From positions 2,606 through 66,605 of the forward strand of contig JAYTVV010000020.1 in the NCBI GenBank assembly GCA_043743795.1: a stretch of DNA of 64,000 nucleotides, read 5' to 3'. Below, one piece after another: positions 1 through 9,883 of this stretch. Numbering within the stretch: the stretch's first letter is position 1; each line of letters starts with the position of its first letter. The DNA is from Geobacteraceae bacterium (lineage in GTDB: Bacteria > Desulfobacterota > Desulfuromonadia > Geobacterales > Pseudopelobacteraceae). The translations under genes and the position numbers were made by a program. The notes beneath the pieces are model-generated. The model saw nothing but the letters and a program-made list of their open reading frames with translations. It did not search any database and was not told the origin of the DNA.

Positions 1-77
1 TTCCTGACAAAAACGCCCTAAAGAGACTAAATAGCACTTACCCGTGAAGAGCCGTTTTTGAAGTCTCACTGTTTATG

Positions 78-1124
78 TTACCGGACGAAGTATGTGCGCT
101 GGAACCAGAATGCAACATGTACCAACCCGATCATGACCGGCACTTCTACCAAGGGGCCGATAACCGCGGCAAAAGCTGCGCCGGAATTGAGACCGAATAC
201 GGCAATTGCCACGGCAATGGCCAGCTCAAAGTTGTTACTGGCAGCGGTAAAGGCCAGGGTAGTGGTCTTGCTGTAGTCGGCCCCCAGCTTTTTACCCATC
301 CAGAATGACACCAGGAACATGAGAATGAAGTACACACCCAAAGGGATGGCGATACGCAGCACATCCATCGGCAGCTGCACAATCAGGTTACCCTTCAGGC
401 TGAACATGACCACGATGGTAAACAGCAAGGCAATCAGTGTCATTGGGCCGATCTTCGGAACGAACTCGCGGTGATAGCGTTCTTTACCCATGACCTTGAC
501 ACCGACCAGGCGCGTCAGTGCTCCGGCGATACAGGGGATGCCAAGGTAGATAAAAACACTCTCGGCAATCTGACGAATGCTGACATCCACAACCACACCT
601 TTAAGCCCCACCAACGGGGGCAACACGGTAATGAAGAACCAGGCATAGACGCTGTAGAACAGCACCTGGAAAATGCTGTTGAAGGCCACCAGGCCGGCGG
701 CATACTCCGTATTCCCCTTGGCCAGTTCATTCCAGACAATCACCATGGCGATGCAGCGCGCCAGACCGATCATGATCAAACCCACCATGTACTCTGGCTT
801 GTCCGGCAACAGAAGTGCCGCCAACACGAACATCAGCACCGGCCCGATCAACCAGTTCTGCACCAGCGATATCCCCAGAATCTTCTTGTTCTGGAAGACC
901 TCCGGCATATCCTCGTACTTCACCTTGGCAAACGGCGGGTACATCATCAAAATCAGACCGACCGCGATGGGGATATTGGTGGTGCCGACTTGAAAAGAGT
1001 TGATAAACCCTTCCGTACCGGGAACAAAGTAGCCCAGTCCGACCCCCAGCGCCATGGCGGCGAAAATCCACAGGGTTAGCCAGCGGTCGAGAAAGGAAAG
1101 CTTGCGGGAAAGATGTTCACTCAT
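78..1124 (-). CDS. acr3: Arsenite efflux permease, ACR3 family
   Basis: ORF 78..1175 trimmed to ATG 1124 ([14 protein letters not shown] just upstream). The longer N-terminus reads through a repeat hairpin. Polytopic membrane protein with ACR3-like stretches ([24 protein letters not shown]). Directly downstream of arsC. Confidence 0.85.
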   Translation of the reverse strand: MSEHLSRKLSFLDRWLTLWIFAAMALGVGLGYFVPGTEGFINSFQVGTTNIPIAVGLILMMYPPFAKVKYEDMPEVFQNKKILGISLVQNWLIGPVLMFVLAALLLPDKPEYMVGLIMIGLARCIAMVIVWNELAKGNTEYAAGLVAFNSIFQVLFYSVYAWFFITVLPPLVGLKGVVVDVSIRQIAESVFIYLGIPCIAGALTRLVGVKVMGKERYHREFVPKIGPMTLIALLFTIVVMFSLKGNLIVQLPMDVLRIAIPLGVYFILMFLVSFWMGKKLGADYSKTTTLAFTAASNNFELAIAVAIAVFGLNSGAAFAAVIGPLVEVPVMIGLVHVAFWFQRTYFVR

Positions 1125-1149
1125 TGTGTGCCTCCGAGCCCTGATAAAC

Positions 1150-1217
1150 AGGATAAGTGCGTTAACGAAGTTCATTTCTGCCAGAAAAACGCAGAAATGA
1201 ACTTCTAACTTACTAAA
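1150..1217 (-). repeat. 68-nt intercistronic repeat, copy 1 of 2, containing a perfect 15-bp-stem hairpin (1167-1205)
   Basis: gaagttcatttctgc-cagaaaaac-gcagaaatgaacttc forms a perfect stem. The whole 68 nt recurs at 42425-42492 at about 85% identity, in the same orientation and the same gene context. Confidence 0.7.
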
Positions 1218-1618
1218 TATTCGATGATCCAGTTTTTGATTTCGTCACGTACCCGACGAAATTCCGGCAGAACTTCTTCTTCACTTCCTTTACGTCGTGA
1301 CGGGTCCTCAAAGCCACGGTGAATGCGCTCTACTCCCCCGAAAAAGAGGGGACATTTCTCGTTGGCATCACCACAAAGGGTGATTACGCAATCGAAAGAC
1401 TGCCCGGCGAATTCATCCATCGTCTTGGAGCGCAGGAGTGAAGTGTCGATGCCCAGTTCAGTCAGAACCTGAGCAGCCAACGGGTTGACCCGAGTAGCCT
1501 CAGTACCGGCAGAGAATGCTTGGCAGGTGTAACCCAGCAAGTGATTGGCCAGTGCTTCAGCCATCTGGGAGCGGCAGGAATTGTGGGTACAAAGGAAAGG
1601 ATTCGTTTTTTCATGCAT
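1205..1618 (-). CDS. arsC: Arsenate reductase, thioredoxin-coupled LMW-PTP type
   Basis: 137 aa. CX5R P-loop (CTHNSCRS) near the N-terminus plus the downstream Cys pair ([11 protein letters not shown]) typical of Trx-dependent ArsC. Confidence 0.9.
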   Translation of the reverse strand: MHEKTNPFLCTHNSCRSQMAEALANHLLGYTCQAFSAGTEATRVNPLAAQVLTELGIDTSLLRSKTMDEFAGQSFDCVITLCGDANEKCPLFFGGVERIHRGFEDPSRRKGSEEEVLPEFRRVRDEIKNWIIEYLVS

Positions 1619-1738
1619 CTAAGTATATCCGCTTTTACGGATACATCAAGCTGCAATTTGTACACTGGAAGTAATTTCTGTGGTTTTTTTGACAGAAATT
1701 ATTTCGTGAACGTACGTATCCTATGTGTCAGGACTTGA

Positions 1739-2089
1739 TTAATGGCAGGTTGGGTTGTCTTTGTTTTGCTGGAAGGCAACCAGTGCGTCGCGGTCTGACG
1801 CTGCTTCAGGGAGGTTGCTGGCATGTTGTTTAAGGGTTTGTAGCAGTTCTTTGCAGATGTCGCAGCTCTCCCGGCTCAACGAGTAATACATCCATACCCC
1901 ATCGCGGCGGATATCAACCCAGCAACTGCGTTTGAGGTAGGCCAGATGGCGTGACACCGTGGACTGGGGGGATTTGAGTACCGCCATCAGATCGCAGACG
2001 CACAGTTCTCCTTCTGCTTGTAATAAGAGGACGATGCGCAGTCGAATCGGGTCGGAGAGGGCTTTGATTGTTTGGGCAAGATGTTTCAT
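1739..2089 (-). CDS. arsR: ArsR/SmtB family As(III)-responsive repressor
   Basis: ORF 1739..2107 trimmed to MKHLAQ (ATG 2089). Has the ELCVCDL metalloid-binding motif and a winged HTH (QSTVSRHLAYLK). Its start overlaps the stop of the upstream ATPase gene (ATGA). Confidence 0.85.
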   Translation of the reverse strand: MKHLAQTIKALSDPIRLRIVLLLQAEGELCVCDLMAVLKSPQSTVSRHLAYLKRSCWVDIRRDGVWMYYSLSRESCDICKELLQTLKQHASNLPEAASDRDALVAFQQNKDNPTCH

Positions 2090-3249
2090 TTTAATAGATC
2101 TCCACATTTTTTCCAGCCGATAACTTTTATGCCGTTATGGCTGTATTCGTCATTTCCACCATAAATCAGGGTTGGGCTTACAGCAGTTTTACCCGCAAGA
2201 TTCTGCCATTTTTCAAGTCCGGCAAAGGAATCGGAAACAACCGTTTTTCCCGACTTTATCTCTATCGGCATCAGCTCGGCGCCTCGTTCAACAATCACAT
2301 CAACCTCGTTGCCGTTGCTGTCACGCCAGAAATACAAATTTGGACGTTCTCCCCGATTGAAGCAAGATTTTGCCAGCTCCGCCACTACGAATGTCTCAAA
2401 AATGCTTCCTCGGAGCGGATGAATCATCAATTGTTCGGCTGATCGGATCCCGAGCAGCCACGAGACGAGCCCGACATCATAAAAATAGAGTTTCGGCATC
2501 TTTACCAGCCGTTTGTTGAAATTTGCATGGTGCGGACGCAACAGAAAAATCAGGTAGCTTGCCTCCAGGACTGATATCCACGCTTTGGCGGTGTTGTGGG
2601 TGATGCCGCACTCTGTAGCAAGTGATGACAAGTTTAATAATTGCCCGCTTCTTCCCGCGCAAAGTTTCACGAAACGCTGGAACGTTTCCAGCTCCTGAAT
2701 TTTAAGCATCTGCCGCACGTCTCGCTCAATATACGCTGTGACATATGCACTAAACCATGCTGAAGGCAGGACTTCACGATCGTAAAGTGATGGATAACAA
2801 CCGGTCAGCAACATTGAATCTGACGTCGCTGGAAGTTTACCGGAGTTTGTAAGTTCTGAAATAGAGAAGGGTAGCAGTTCTACAAAAGCGGATCGTCCTG
2901 CCAAAGATTGGCTTATTCCTGACATCAGCCCGATTTGCTGGGAGCCGGTCAGTATAAAAAGTCCCATGCGACGGTCGTTATCAACAATTGTCTGCAGATA
3001 TGAGAGCATTTCCGGGCAGCGTTGGACTTCATCCAGCACAGCACCATCCGGAAATCGTTCCAGAAAGGAGCGTGGATCGTCCTTGGCTGCCTGGCGAATA
3101 TCCGGATCTTCCAGAGAGACGTAGGGCCGATCATCAAAAACCATTTTGGCAAGGGTCGTTTTGCCTGACTGACGTGGACCGGTAACGGTTACAATCGGAA
3201 ATCCGCGTAAAAGTGTGCGGAGAGTATCTTCTGCATTTCGCTTAATCAT
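2086..3249 (-). CDS. AAA+ ATPase (AAA_14/DUF4143-like architecture), function unknown
   Basis: 387 aa. Walker A GPRQSGKTT at the N-terminus. Overall layout resembles the widespread COG1373-type ATPases (recognised from memory, not searched). Confidence 0.7.
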   Translation of the reverse strand: MIKRNAEDTLRTLLRGFPIVTVTGPRQSGKTTLAKMVFDDRPYVSLEDPDIRQAAKDDPRSFLERFPDGAVLDEVQRCPEMLSYLQTIVDNDRRMGLFILTGSQQIGLMSGISQSLAGRSAFVELLPFSISELTNSGKLPATSDSMLLTGCYPSLYDREVLPSAWFSAYVTAYIERDVRQMLKIQELETFQRFVKLCAGRSGQLLNLSSLATECGITHNTAKAWISVLEASYLIFLLRPHHANFNKRLVKMPKLYFYDVGLVSWLLGIRSAEQLMIHPLRGSIFETFVVAELAKSCFNRGERPNLYFWRDSNGNEVDVIVERGAELMPIEIKSGKTVVSDSFAGLEKWQNLAGKTAVSPTLIYGGNDEYSHNGIKVIGWKKCGDLLK

Positions 3250-3264
3250 AACAGCAAGCTACGA

Positions 3265-3309
3265 CAATTTATGCAAATTGTCAAAAGCTTTTACAAATTG
3301 CATAAATTG
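3265..3309. promoter_or_regulatory. 45-bp near-perfect palindrome, candidate operator upstream of the ATPase-ars operon
   Basis: caatttatgcaaattgt-c-aaaagctttt-acaaattgcataaattg. Arms match 16/17 around a perfect 10-bp palindrome. Lies 16 nt upstream of ATG 3249 in the divergent intergenic region. Confidence 0.4.
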
Positions 3310-3524
3310 GGGCCAGTTAGAGAGTACCTTATGGCTTGAGATAGATGTTTTATCGCTGACAGTAAATATCTTACATGAAGAAGTGTTGTAGCAATTAAGG
3401 CATGACGATTGCTTTACTAATGAGAAGCATGTGGTATAGTCCATATCCGTTGAATTTGAATGTTATTGAACGTAGTGCTTTCAGCCGAATGGCGATTTGA
3501 CCAATAAAAGGAGGTAACATTTCA

Positions 3525-4304
3525 ATGGTACAGAAAAATGTTCTGGTATGGTGTGCAGCACTGGTTGGTATGGCAACTTTTTCCGGTATGGCGAATGCCG
3601 AAACCGTCCGCTTGAACGGTTCGACAACGGTGCAGAAGCGCATCATGGAACCGGGTAAAGAGGCACTCAAAAAAGCCACTGGCATTGACCTTGTTTTGGT
3701 CGGAAATGGCACAGGTAACGGTCTGGAAGACTTGGTGGCCGGTAAGTGCGACGCCGGCATGGCCTCGGAAGAACTGGCTGATGCGGTTGCCAGCATGAAG
3801 GATGCCTCCGGCAAAGCAGCAACCGGTGATCTCAAACCGAATGTTATTACATCGGATATTATCAAAGTTATCGTGCACCCATCCAACAATGTCACAAAGC
3901 TGGATCGTGAACAACTGAAGGGTCTGCATAACGGCAGCATCGATAACTGGAAGAAGGTCGGCGGTCCTGATCTGCCGGTAATTGTCGTTACCTCGCACCT
4001 TGGGTCTGCTACGCGAAAAGTATTTCAGAAAGTCATCATGGATGGTAGCAAATACGTTGATGGCGCTCTTGAAGCAGAAACAACCCGCAAAGAGATCGAC
4101 AACGTAGCCCAGTTTCCGGAAGGAATTGGTGCAGTCAGCATGGGCTTCATCAATCTTCCCGGCAACAAGGAGAAAGTCAAGATTGTGGACACCATTGAAA
4201 TCAGCCGTCCTCTGATGTTGATTACCAAAGGTGATGCTTCACCCGCCGTCAAGAAGATTGTGGATTTCTTTACCGGCGAAGGCAAAAAGTTCATCAAGGA
4301 TTAA
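3525..4304 (+). CDS. Periplasmic PstS/PBP-like oxyanion-binding protein
   Basis: 259 aa. Signal peptide (ends ..GMANA). Has GSTT, GNGTGNG and [11 protein letters not shown] segments, as in phosphate-binding PBP_like_2 proteins. AGGAGG RBS. Confidence 0.7.
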   Translation: MVQKNVLVWCAALVGMATFSGMANAETVRLNGSTTVQKRIMEPGKEALKKATGIDLVLVGNGTGNGLEDLVAGKCDAGMASEELADAVASMKDASGKAATGDLKPNVITSDIIKVIVHPSNNVTKLDREQLKGLHNGSIDNWKKVGGPDLPVIVVTSHLGSATRKVFQKVIMDGSKYVDGALEAETTRKEIDNVAQFPEGIGAVSMGFINLPGNKEKVKIVDTIEISRPLMLITKGDASPAVKKIVDFFTGEGKKFIKD

Positions 4305-4321
4305 TACATTTAGCTTCTTCA

Positions 4322-4351
4322 GGGGCACCATTTTGAGTGGTGCCCTTTTTT
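4322..4351 (+). terminator. Rho-independent terminator after the binding-protein gene
   Basis: ggggcacc-attttgagt-ggtgccc followed by tttttt. Confidence 0.6.
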
Positions 4352-4401
4352 CACGCCCAATATATCCGCACACACAGATAAAGAGCCCTCTGGAGCAAAA
4401 A

Positions 4402-6870
4402 ATGACTATCAAAAGCAAGTTGTACCTGATTATGGCAGTTACCGTTATTGGCATCCTGGCAATCGGTGGTTCCAGCCTGATCGGGATGAACTTTGTTAAA
4501 GGCAAGTTGAATGTCCTCACCGAACGCTCAACCCCTTATCAGCTCAAAACCATTGAGCTGCAGCGAGCTGTTCAGGAGCACACCTCAGGGCTGATGAAGC
4601 TGGCCGTTGCCCAGACCCCTGCCGAATTCAGCGCTACAAAAGCCGAGATCGAAAAATCACAGGAGAGCGTGACAGGATTAGCTAAGGACTTGGCTTCGTT
4701 CACCGGCAGTGGTGCGATGGGAGGCGTAGAACAATTGGCAGCGATTACCAAGGATATGGTTGCCACTACTGAATCGCGGCTGAAAGCCGAAGAGGCCGGG
4801 CGCAAGGCAGACCAGCTGATGAAGCAGAAACTGCAGCAGATATCGCAAAAGCTCCGCTCACTGGACAACTCCATGCGCAAAACCCAAACAGGCTCCATGA
4901 GTCAGCTATCGGCATCCAACCAGGGGGTCAAGAAGATTACCCAGAAGATGCGCGATGTGCAGAATGCCGGCAATGCCCTGAGCGAGGTCAAGCAGGCTGT
5001 GTTAGAGGTTGCCGCAGCTGACGGAAAGACCGGGGTGGTGGTTGCATCCAGCAAGTTTAACGCTGCCACCCGCAAACTGGCCGGCAGCGATATGGTCAAG
5101 GCTGATCCCGTTGCCGCCAAACCGCTGCTGGAAGGGGTAACGGATGTCAAGGAGCGGGTAACCGGTTCAGATGGGCTGATACCACAGAAAAACGCCCTTC
5201 TGGCCACGCCTGATGATGAAAAACGCAAGAAATTCTCCCAGACCCTGGCTCAGACCATGCAGCGTATGGCCCAGATGACGGTAGTCATGGGTGACATTGT
5301 CGAGAAGGCAGGAGAGGATTTTACGAACGAGGATAGCCGTTTTGACGCATCACTGAAGGGTGCCGACACCGCTAGCAGCATTCTGGGGGTATCCAGTGAA
5401 TTGATTGCCGAAGGCTCTGAAATCAGTCGCTTGATTCGAGATATTTTCACGGTGGCAAACACCAAGGAACTGGCTGACACCAAGACATCCATGACTGCTG
5501 CTTTTGGACGAGCAGCGGCTTTGCAAGGCAAAGTTAGTGGCAAAAAGAACGGCAAGAGTGACGGTGCTGCTGCCGTAGGTGGCGTTGTAGCATCGCTGAA
5601 TGAAGTTCGTGGCCTGTTGCTTGCCAAGGATGGCGTGGCCGACACAATCGATCACTTGTTGACCGTGAAAAAGCAGTCTGCCGATCTGAGCACCAAGCTG
5701 CGAGAACATGTCAATGCCCAACGTGAAGAGGGTAAAAAAGGCATGACTACCGCCCAGGCCGAGCAGGAAAAAGCGGTAAAGTCCGTCAATTCGGTGTTTC
5801 GAACCAACATTGCAACCGTATCAATCCTGGGTTTGGCTGTACTGATTATCGGCGTATTACTGAGTGGCCTCGTGCTGCGCTCAATCAGCAACCCGATCAC
5901 CGAACTGTCACAAATGGCAGAACGCTTCGGTGGTGGCGATTTCTCAGGCCGTCTTGACGACAATCGCAAAGACGAATTTGGTGCGCTGGCCGTACATTTC
6001 AATGCTGCGACTGCCAAGCTGGCCGAAATCACCCAAGGCCTGCGTCGTGCAATATCCGATCTGAACAGGGGCGCCCAAGAACTTGCCCATTCATCCGGTG
6101 ACCTCTCAACCGGTGCTGCGCGCCAATCGAATGAGTCTACCCAGGCAGCTTCTGCCATGACAGAAATGGCACAGACCATTGATGATGTTGCCCGTAACGC
6201 GCACACAGCTGCCACCGAGTCAGGAAATGCCCTGGCACGCGCAACAACCGGTCGTGAAGTGGTCGGTCGCACGGTGTCCGGCATGGAACAGATTGCAGCC
6301 TCGGTTCGTGATGCAGCAGCTGTCATTGAAGCTCTTGGTGACAGCTCAACCAAAATCGGCGACATCATCAGCACCATCAACGACATCGCCGACCAGACCA
6401 ACCTGCTGGCCTTGAATGCAGCCATCGAGGCGGCCAGAGCTGGCGAAGCCGGGATGGGCTTTGCCGTTGTAGCTGACGAAGTGCGCAGACTTGCACAGCA
6501 AACTGCCGACGCCACCAAGGAAATTGCCGCAACCATCGGTCAGATCCAGAAAGACACGGAACGGTCGGTGAGTGCCATGCGACAAGGTACGATAAAAGTG
6601 ACTGAGGGCATCACGCTGGCCCACGAGGCCAACGATTCACTGGCGGCCATTGTAGAGGCTTCCAGTCAGAGTGTCACGGTAGTCAATCAGATTGCTGTGG
6701 CAGCCGAGGAACAATCTGCGGTTGCAGGCCAGGTTTCTCACGGGGTCGAACAAATCGCCGCTATCACCCATGATGCAGAAATTGCGGCTGATAATATCAG
6801 TAAATCGGCAGCTCACCTGAATGAATTGGCAGGAGAGCTGGACAGAATGGCGGCCTGGTTTAGAGTTTAG
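4402..6870 (+). CDS. Methyl-accepting chemotaxis protein with ~440-aa helical periplasmic domain
   Basis: ORF 4231..6870 trimmed to MTIKSKLYL (ATG 4402). Layout is TM1, long periplasmic region, TM2 ([18 protein letters not shown]), HAMP, then a conserved signalling hairpin ([35 protein letters not shown]). Confidence 0.9.
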   Translation: MTIKSKLYLIMAVTVIGILAIGGSSLIGMNFVKGKLNVLTERSTPYQLKTIELQRAVQEHTSGLMKLAVAQTPAEFSATKAEIEKSQESVTGLAKDLASFTGSGAMGGVEQLAAITKDMVATTESRLKAEEAGRKADQLMKQKLQQISQKLRSLDNSMRKTQTGSMSQLSASNQGVKKITQKMRDVQNAGNALSEVKQAVLEVAAADGKTGVVVASSKFNAATRKLAGSDMVKADPVAAKPLLEGVTDVKERVTGSDGLIPQKNALLATPDDEKRKKFSQTLAQTMQRMAQMTVVMGDIVEKAGEDFTNEDSRFDASLKGADTASSILGVSSELIAEGSEISRLIRDIFTVANTKELADTKTSMTAAFGRAAALQGKVSGKKNGKSDGAAAVGGVVASLNEVRGLLLAKDGVADTIDHLLTVKKQSADLSTKLREHVNAQREEGKKGMTTAQAEQEKAVKSVNSVFRTNIATVSILGLAVLIIGVLLSGLVLRSISNPITELSQMAERFGGGDFSGRLDDNRKDEFGALAVHFNAATAKLAEITQGLRRAISDLNRGAQELAHSSGDLSTGAARQSNESTQAASAMTEMAQTIDDVARNAHTAATESGNALARATTGREVVGRTVSGMEQIAASVRDAAAVIEALGDSSTKIGDIISTINDIADQTNLLALNAAIEAARAGEAGMGFAVVADEVRRLAQQTADATKEIAATIGQIQKDTERSVSAMRQGTIKVTEGITLAHEANDSLAAIVEASSQSVTVVNQIAVAAEEQSAVAGQVSHGVEQIAAITHDAEIAADNISKSAAHLNELAGELDRMAAWFRV

Positions 6871-6880
6871 ATCGTTCATG

Positions 6881-6915
6881 CCCCGCCCCCAGAAATGGGA
6901 GCGGGGCTTTTTTTG
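6881..6915 (+). terminator. Rho-independent terminator after the MCP gene
   Basis: ccccgc..gcgggg stem followed by cttttttt. Confidence 0.6.
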
Positions 6916-6983
6916 TATTTCATTTACCCGTGAAAGCGGATATAAACACGCAATTTTAATATTGCAATTGAAGGGAGGTTTGC

Positions 6984-7286
6984 ATGAGGAGCTATGTAAG
7001 TGGCGTGCTGGTGGTACTCTGGGCAACATCAGCGTTTGCATCTGTCGGCGGAGGTGACATCACCCTGAAAAGCAAGGGAGGCGATGTGGTGTTCAGCCAT
7101 GACTTACATGTGGCCGGTATGAGCCTGGCTTGTACCGATTGCCACGACAAGCTGTATCTGAGCAAGGGACAGCATAAAGCGGTCACCATGAAGCAGATGC
7201 GGTCGGGTAAATCCTGCGGCACCTGCCACAACGGTAAAAAAGCATTTTCGGTAAAAGGCGATTGCGCCAAGTGCCATAAAAAATAG
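6984..7286 (+). CDS. Small periplasmic trihaem c-type cytochrome (c3/c7-like)
   Basis: 100 aa. Signal peptide. Three CXXCH motifs (CTDCH, CGTCH, CAKCH). GGGAGG RBS. Ends 10 nt before arrA. Confidence 0.8.
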   Translation: MRSYVSGVLVVLWATSAFASVGGGDITLKSKGGDVVFSHDLHVAGMSLACTDCHDKLYLSKGQHKAVTMKQMRSGKSCGTCHNGKKAFSVKGDCAKCHKK

Positions 7287-7296
7287 GAGGATCGGA

Positions 7297-9864
7297 ATGG
7301 AAATCAAACGTAGAGATTTTCTCAAGTTGACTGCTGCCGTCGGTGCAGTGGCAACCATAGGACTGCCGAAGCTGAATGCTTTTGCAGCCGGCAATGCTCC
7401 TGAAGCCGGTGAAGCCCCAAAAGGGGAATGGATACCGTCTACCTGCCAGGGCTGCACCGCCTGGTGCCCGGTCGAGTTCCTCGTACAGGAAGGTCGTATT
7501 GTCAAGGTGCGTGGTAATCAGCTCTCCAAGGCCAATGGCGGCTACTGCTGCCCGCGTGGTCATCTGATGATCCAACAGACTTATGATCCGGATCGGATCA
7601 AGGTACCAATGAAGCGTACTAATCCGCTAAAAGGTCGCGGCATCGATCCCAAATTTGTCCCGATCAGCTGGGATGAAGCTCTGGATACCTTGGCCGATAA
7701 AATGATGGAACTGCGCAAGAACAGCGAGCCTGAGAAACTGATGTATATGCGCGGCCGCTACTCTCCGACGTCAACCGAACTGTGCTACGGCACTCTGCCC
7801 AAGATCTTAGGCACACCTAACTACTACTCCCACAGCGCTCTCTGCGCCGAGGCAGAAAAGATGGGTCCCGGTTATACTCAAGGGTTCTTCGGCTACCGCG
7901 ACTACGACCTGGCCAAAACCAAGTGTCTGGTTATCTGGGGCTGTGACCCGCTCTCTTCCAATCGCCAGGTGCCAAACGCTATCGGCAAGTTCGGTGATAT
8001 CTTCGATCGTGGCAATGTCATTGTCGTTGACCCGCGCCTCTCGGCATCGGGAGCCAAGGCAAACGAATGGCTGCCAATCAAGCCGGGTGAGGATGGCGCG
8101 CTGGCAGCAGCGCTTGCCCATGTCATCATGACCGAAGGGAAGTGGAGCAAGGAATTTGTCGGTGATTTCAAAGAGGGCAAAAATCTCTTCAAAACCGGTG
8201 CTACCGTTGATGAGGCCTCCTTTGTGGAAAAGCAGACCAACGGCGTCGTCAAGTGGTGGAATATTGAGCTGAAGGACAAGACCCCGGCCTGGGCCGCCAA
8301 AATTACCCTGATACCTGAAGAGCAGATTATTCGGACCGCCCGCGCCATGGGAAAGGCTGGATCAGCCTGTTCAGTATGGATGGGACCGGGCGTGGCCATG
8401 ACACCGCGCGGCACCTATGCCGCAATGGCTGTGTATGCACTGAACGGCATTTTGGGCTCTATTGAAACCGAAGGTGGCGTCTTCCAGAGCTCCAGCGTAC
8501 CGGAACAGAAATTTCCGGAAATTAAAAAGCCGTTTATCGACGAAATGGCAGAGCATCATGGTCACGGCAAGAAGATCGACGGGCGCGGCGCCAAGGATAT
8601 GCCGGCAATGATGGGTGCCAAACCGGGCAGTGGTGTTGTTACCAACAATGTTGCCAACGGCCTGCTCAAAAATCCGGACGCCATCAAGGTCTTCATCAGC
8701 ACCTGGAGCAACTTTGCTTTTTCCGCCACCGGTGCCCAGCGCTGGGAGAATGCTTTAGCCAAGATACCGTTCTTTGTCCATATGGTCACCAACGCCTCCG
8801 AGATGTCACAGTTTGCTGATATCATCATGCCGTCCACCTTCGGCCCTACGGAAAAGTTTTCCATCATCACCAACATGGCCAATCTGCACGGTCATATGTC
8901 GATTCAGCAGGCAGTCACAAAGCCGCTTTGGAATGTAAAAGCCGAAGAGACCGAGGTTATGTGGCTCCTGTCCGAGAAGTTGAAAGCGCGTGGCTTCTCC
9001 AACCTGAACGACTACTACGCCTCCTTCGAAGATCCCGAGACCAAGAAGAAACCGACCAATGCTGCTGAGTTTGCAGAAATCGCCGCCAAAATCACCTCCC
9101 AGAAAGTCTGGGACGGTAAAGAGAAGATGAAAGGCGATCAGATTACTGGTTGGGCTGATTTCAAGAAAAAGGGTATCTACAACACCGAGACCTATAAGTA
9201 CAAAAAGAACTGGGGCAAGGATAATCCCGAGACCAAGAAGTTCGAAGGGCACTTCAAAACCGAGACCAAGAAATTCGAGTTTTACAGTGAAACCATGAAG
9301 AAGGCCCTTGGTGAGCACGCCAAGAAGCATAACACCACTATCGATGACATCCTCAAGTCCAGCGGCTATGAAGCCCAGGGTGAACTGGCCTTTGTGCCGC
9401 ACTATGAGTCCCCCAAGCGCCACGGCAGTGATAAGGAATATCCGTTCACCTTTATCGATTACAAATCACGTCTCAACCGTGAAGGTCGTAGTGCCAACAC
9501 CGTTTGGTATCAGGAGTTCAAAAAAGTAGACGTGGGCGATGACAGTTGGGACGACGTTGTTAAGATCAACCCGATCGACGGCAAGAAGCTCGGCATCAAG
9601 ACCGGTGACACGGTGCGTCTGACTTCTACGACAGGTTCAATCGTTACCAAGGCCAAGTTGTGGGAAGGTGTCCGTCCCGGTACGATCGCCAAATGCTACG
9701 GACAGGGGCACTGGGCCTATGGCCGCGTTGCTGCCAAGGATTACGCCAAGGCACAACCACGTGGCGGCAACAACAATGAGCTCTTGGTCGATGATTATGA
9801 CCGCTTGAGCGGCGCTACAGCACGCAACGGTGGTTTCACCGGCGTCAAGATCGAGAAAGCCTAG
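7297..9864 (+). CDS. arrA: Respiratory arsenate reductase catalytic subunit (Mo-bisMGD), ArrA-like
   Basis: 855 aa. Tat leader RRDFLK. CX2CX3CX27C Fe-S motif (C50..C85). RGRYS and YSHSALCAEAEK segments match my recollection of the ArrA active-site spacing (H-S-x2-C-x4-K). Adjacent to ars genes. Confidence 0.7.
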   Translation: MEIKRRDFLKLTAAVGAVATIGLPKLNAFAAGNAPEAGEAPKGEWIPSTCQGCTAWCPVEFLVQEGRIVKVRGNQLSKANGGYCCPRGHLMIQQTYDPDRIKVPMKRTNPLKGRGIDPKFVPISWDEALDTLADKMMELRKNSEPEKLMYMRGRYSPTSTELCYGTLPKILGTPNYYSHSALCAEAEKMGPGYTQGFFGYRDYDLAKTKCLVIWGCDPLSSNRQVPNAIGKFGDIFDRGNVIVVDPRLSASGAKANEWLPIKPGEDGALAAALAHVIMTEGKWSKEFVGDFKEGKNLFKTGATVDEASFVEKQTNGVVKWWNIELKDKTPAWAAKITLIPEEQIIRTARAMGKAGSACSVWMGPGVAMTPRGTYAAMAVYALNGILGSIETEGGVFQSSSVPEQKFPEIKKPFIDEMAEHHGHGKKIDGRGAKDMPAMMGAKPGSGVVTNNVANGLLKNPDAIKVFISTWSNFAFSATGAQRWENALAKIPFFVHMVTNASEMSQFADIIMPSTFGPTEKFSIITNMANLHGHMSIQQAVTKPLWNVKAEETEVMWLLSEKLKARGFSNLNDYYASFEDPETKKKPTNAAEFAEIAAKITSQKVWDGKEKMKGDQITGWADFKKKGIYNTETYKYKKNWGKDNPETKKFEGHFKTETKKFEFYSETMKKALGEHAKKHNTTIDDILKSSGYEAQGELAFVPHYESPKRHGSDKEYPFTFIDYKSRLNREGRSANTVWYQEFKKVDVGDDSWDDVVKINPIDGKKLGIKTGDTVRLTSTTGSIVTKAKLWEGVRPGTIAKCYGQGHWAYGRVAAKDYAKAQPRGGNNNELLVDDYDRLSGATARNGGFTGVKIEKA

Positions 9865-9883
9865 GAAAGGGGGGATATACTAC

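Noticed and set aside
4231-4401. 57-codon N-terminal extension of the MCP ORF overlapping the binding-protein gene
   Set aside because: The extension runs through the stop and terminator hairpin of the upstream gene. MTIKSKLYL at 4402 starts the expected cytoplasmic stub plus TM1.
5652-6536. 294-aa minus-strand ORF (plus several 90-130-aa ones) inside the chemoreceptor gene
   Set aside because: It is antisense to a confidently identified MCP. Its Ala/Ser/Arg-rich composition is typical of shadow frames in GC-rich coding DNA, and it has no RBS or motif.
6923-6933. 11-mer ttacccgtgaa shared with positions 38-48
   Set aside because: On the order of thousands of chance 11-mer pairs are expected when both strands of 64 kb are compared. 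There is no extended similarity around the match.
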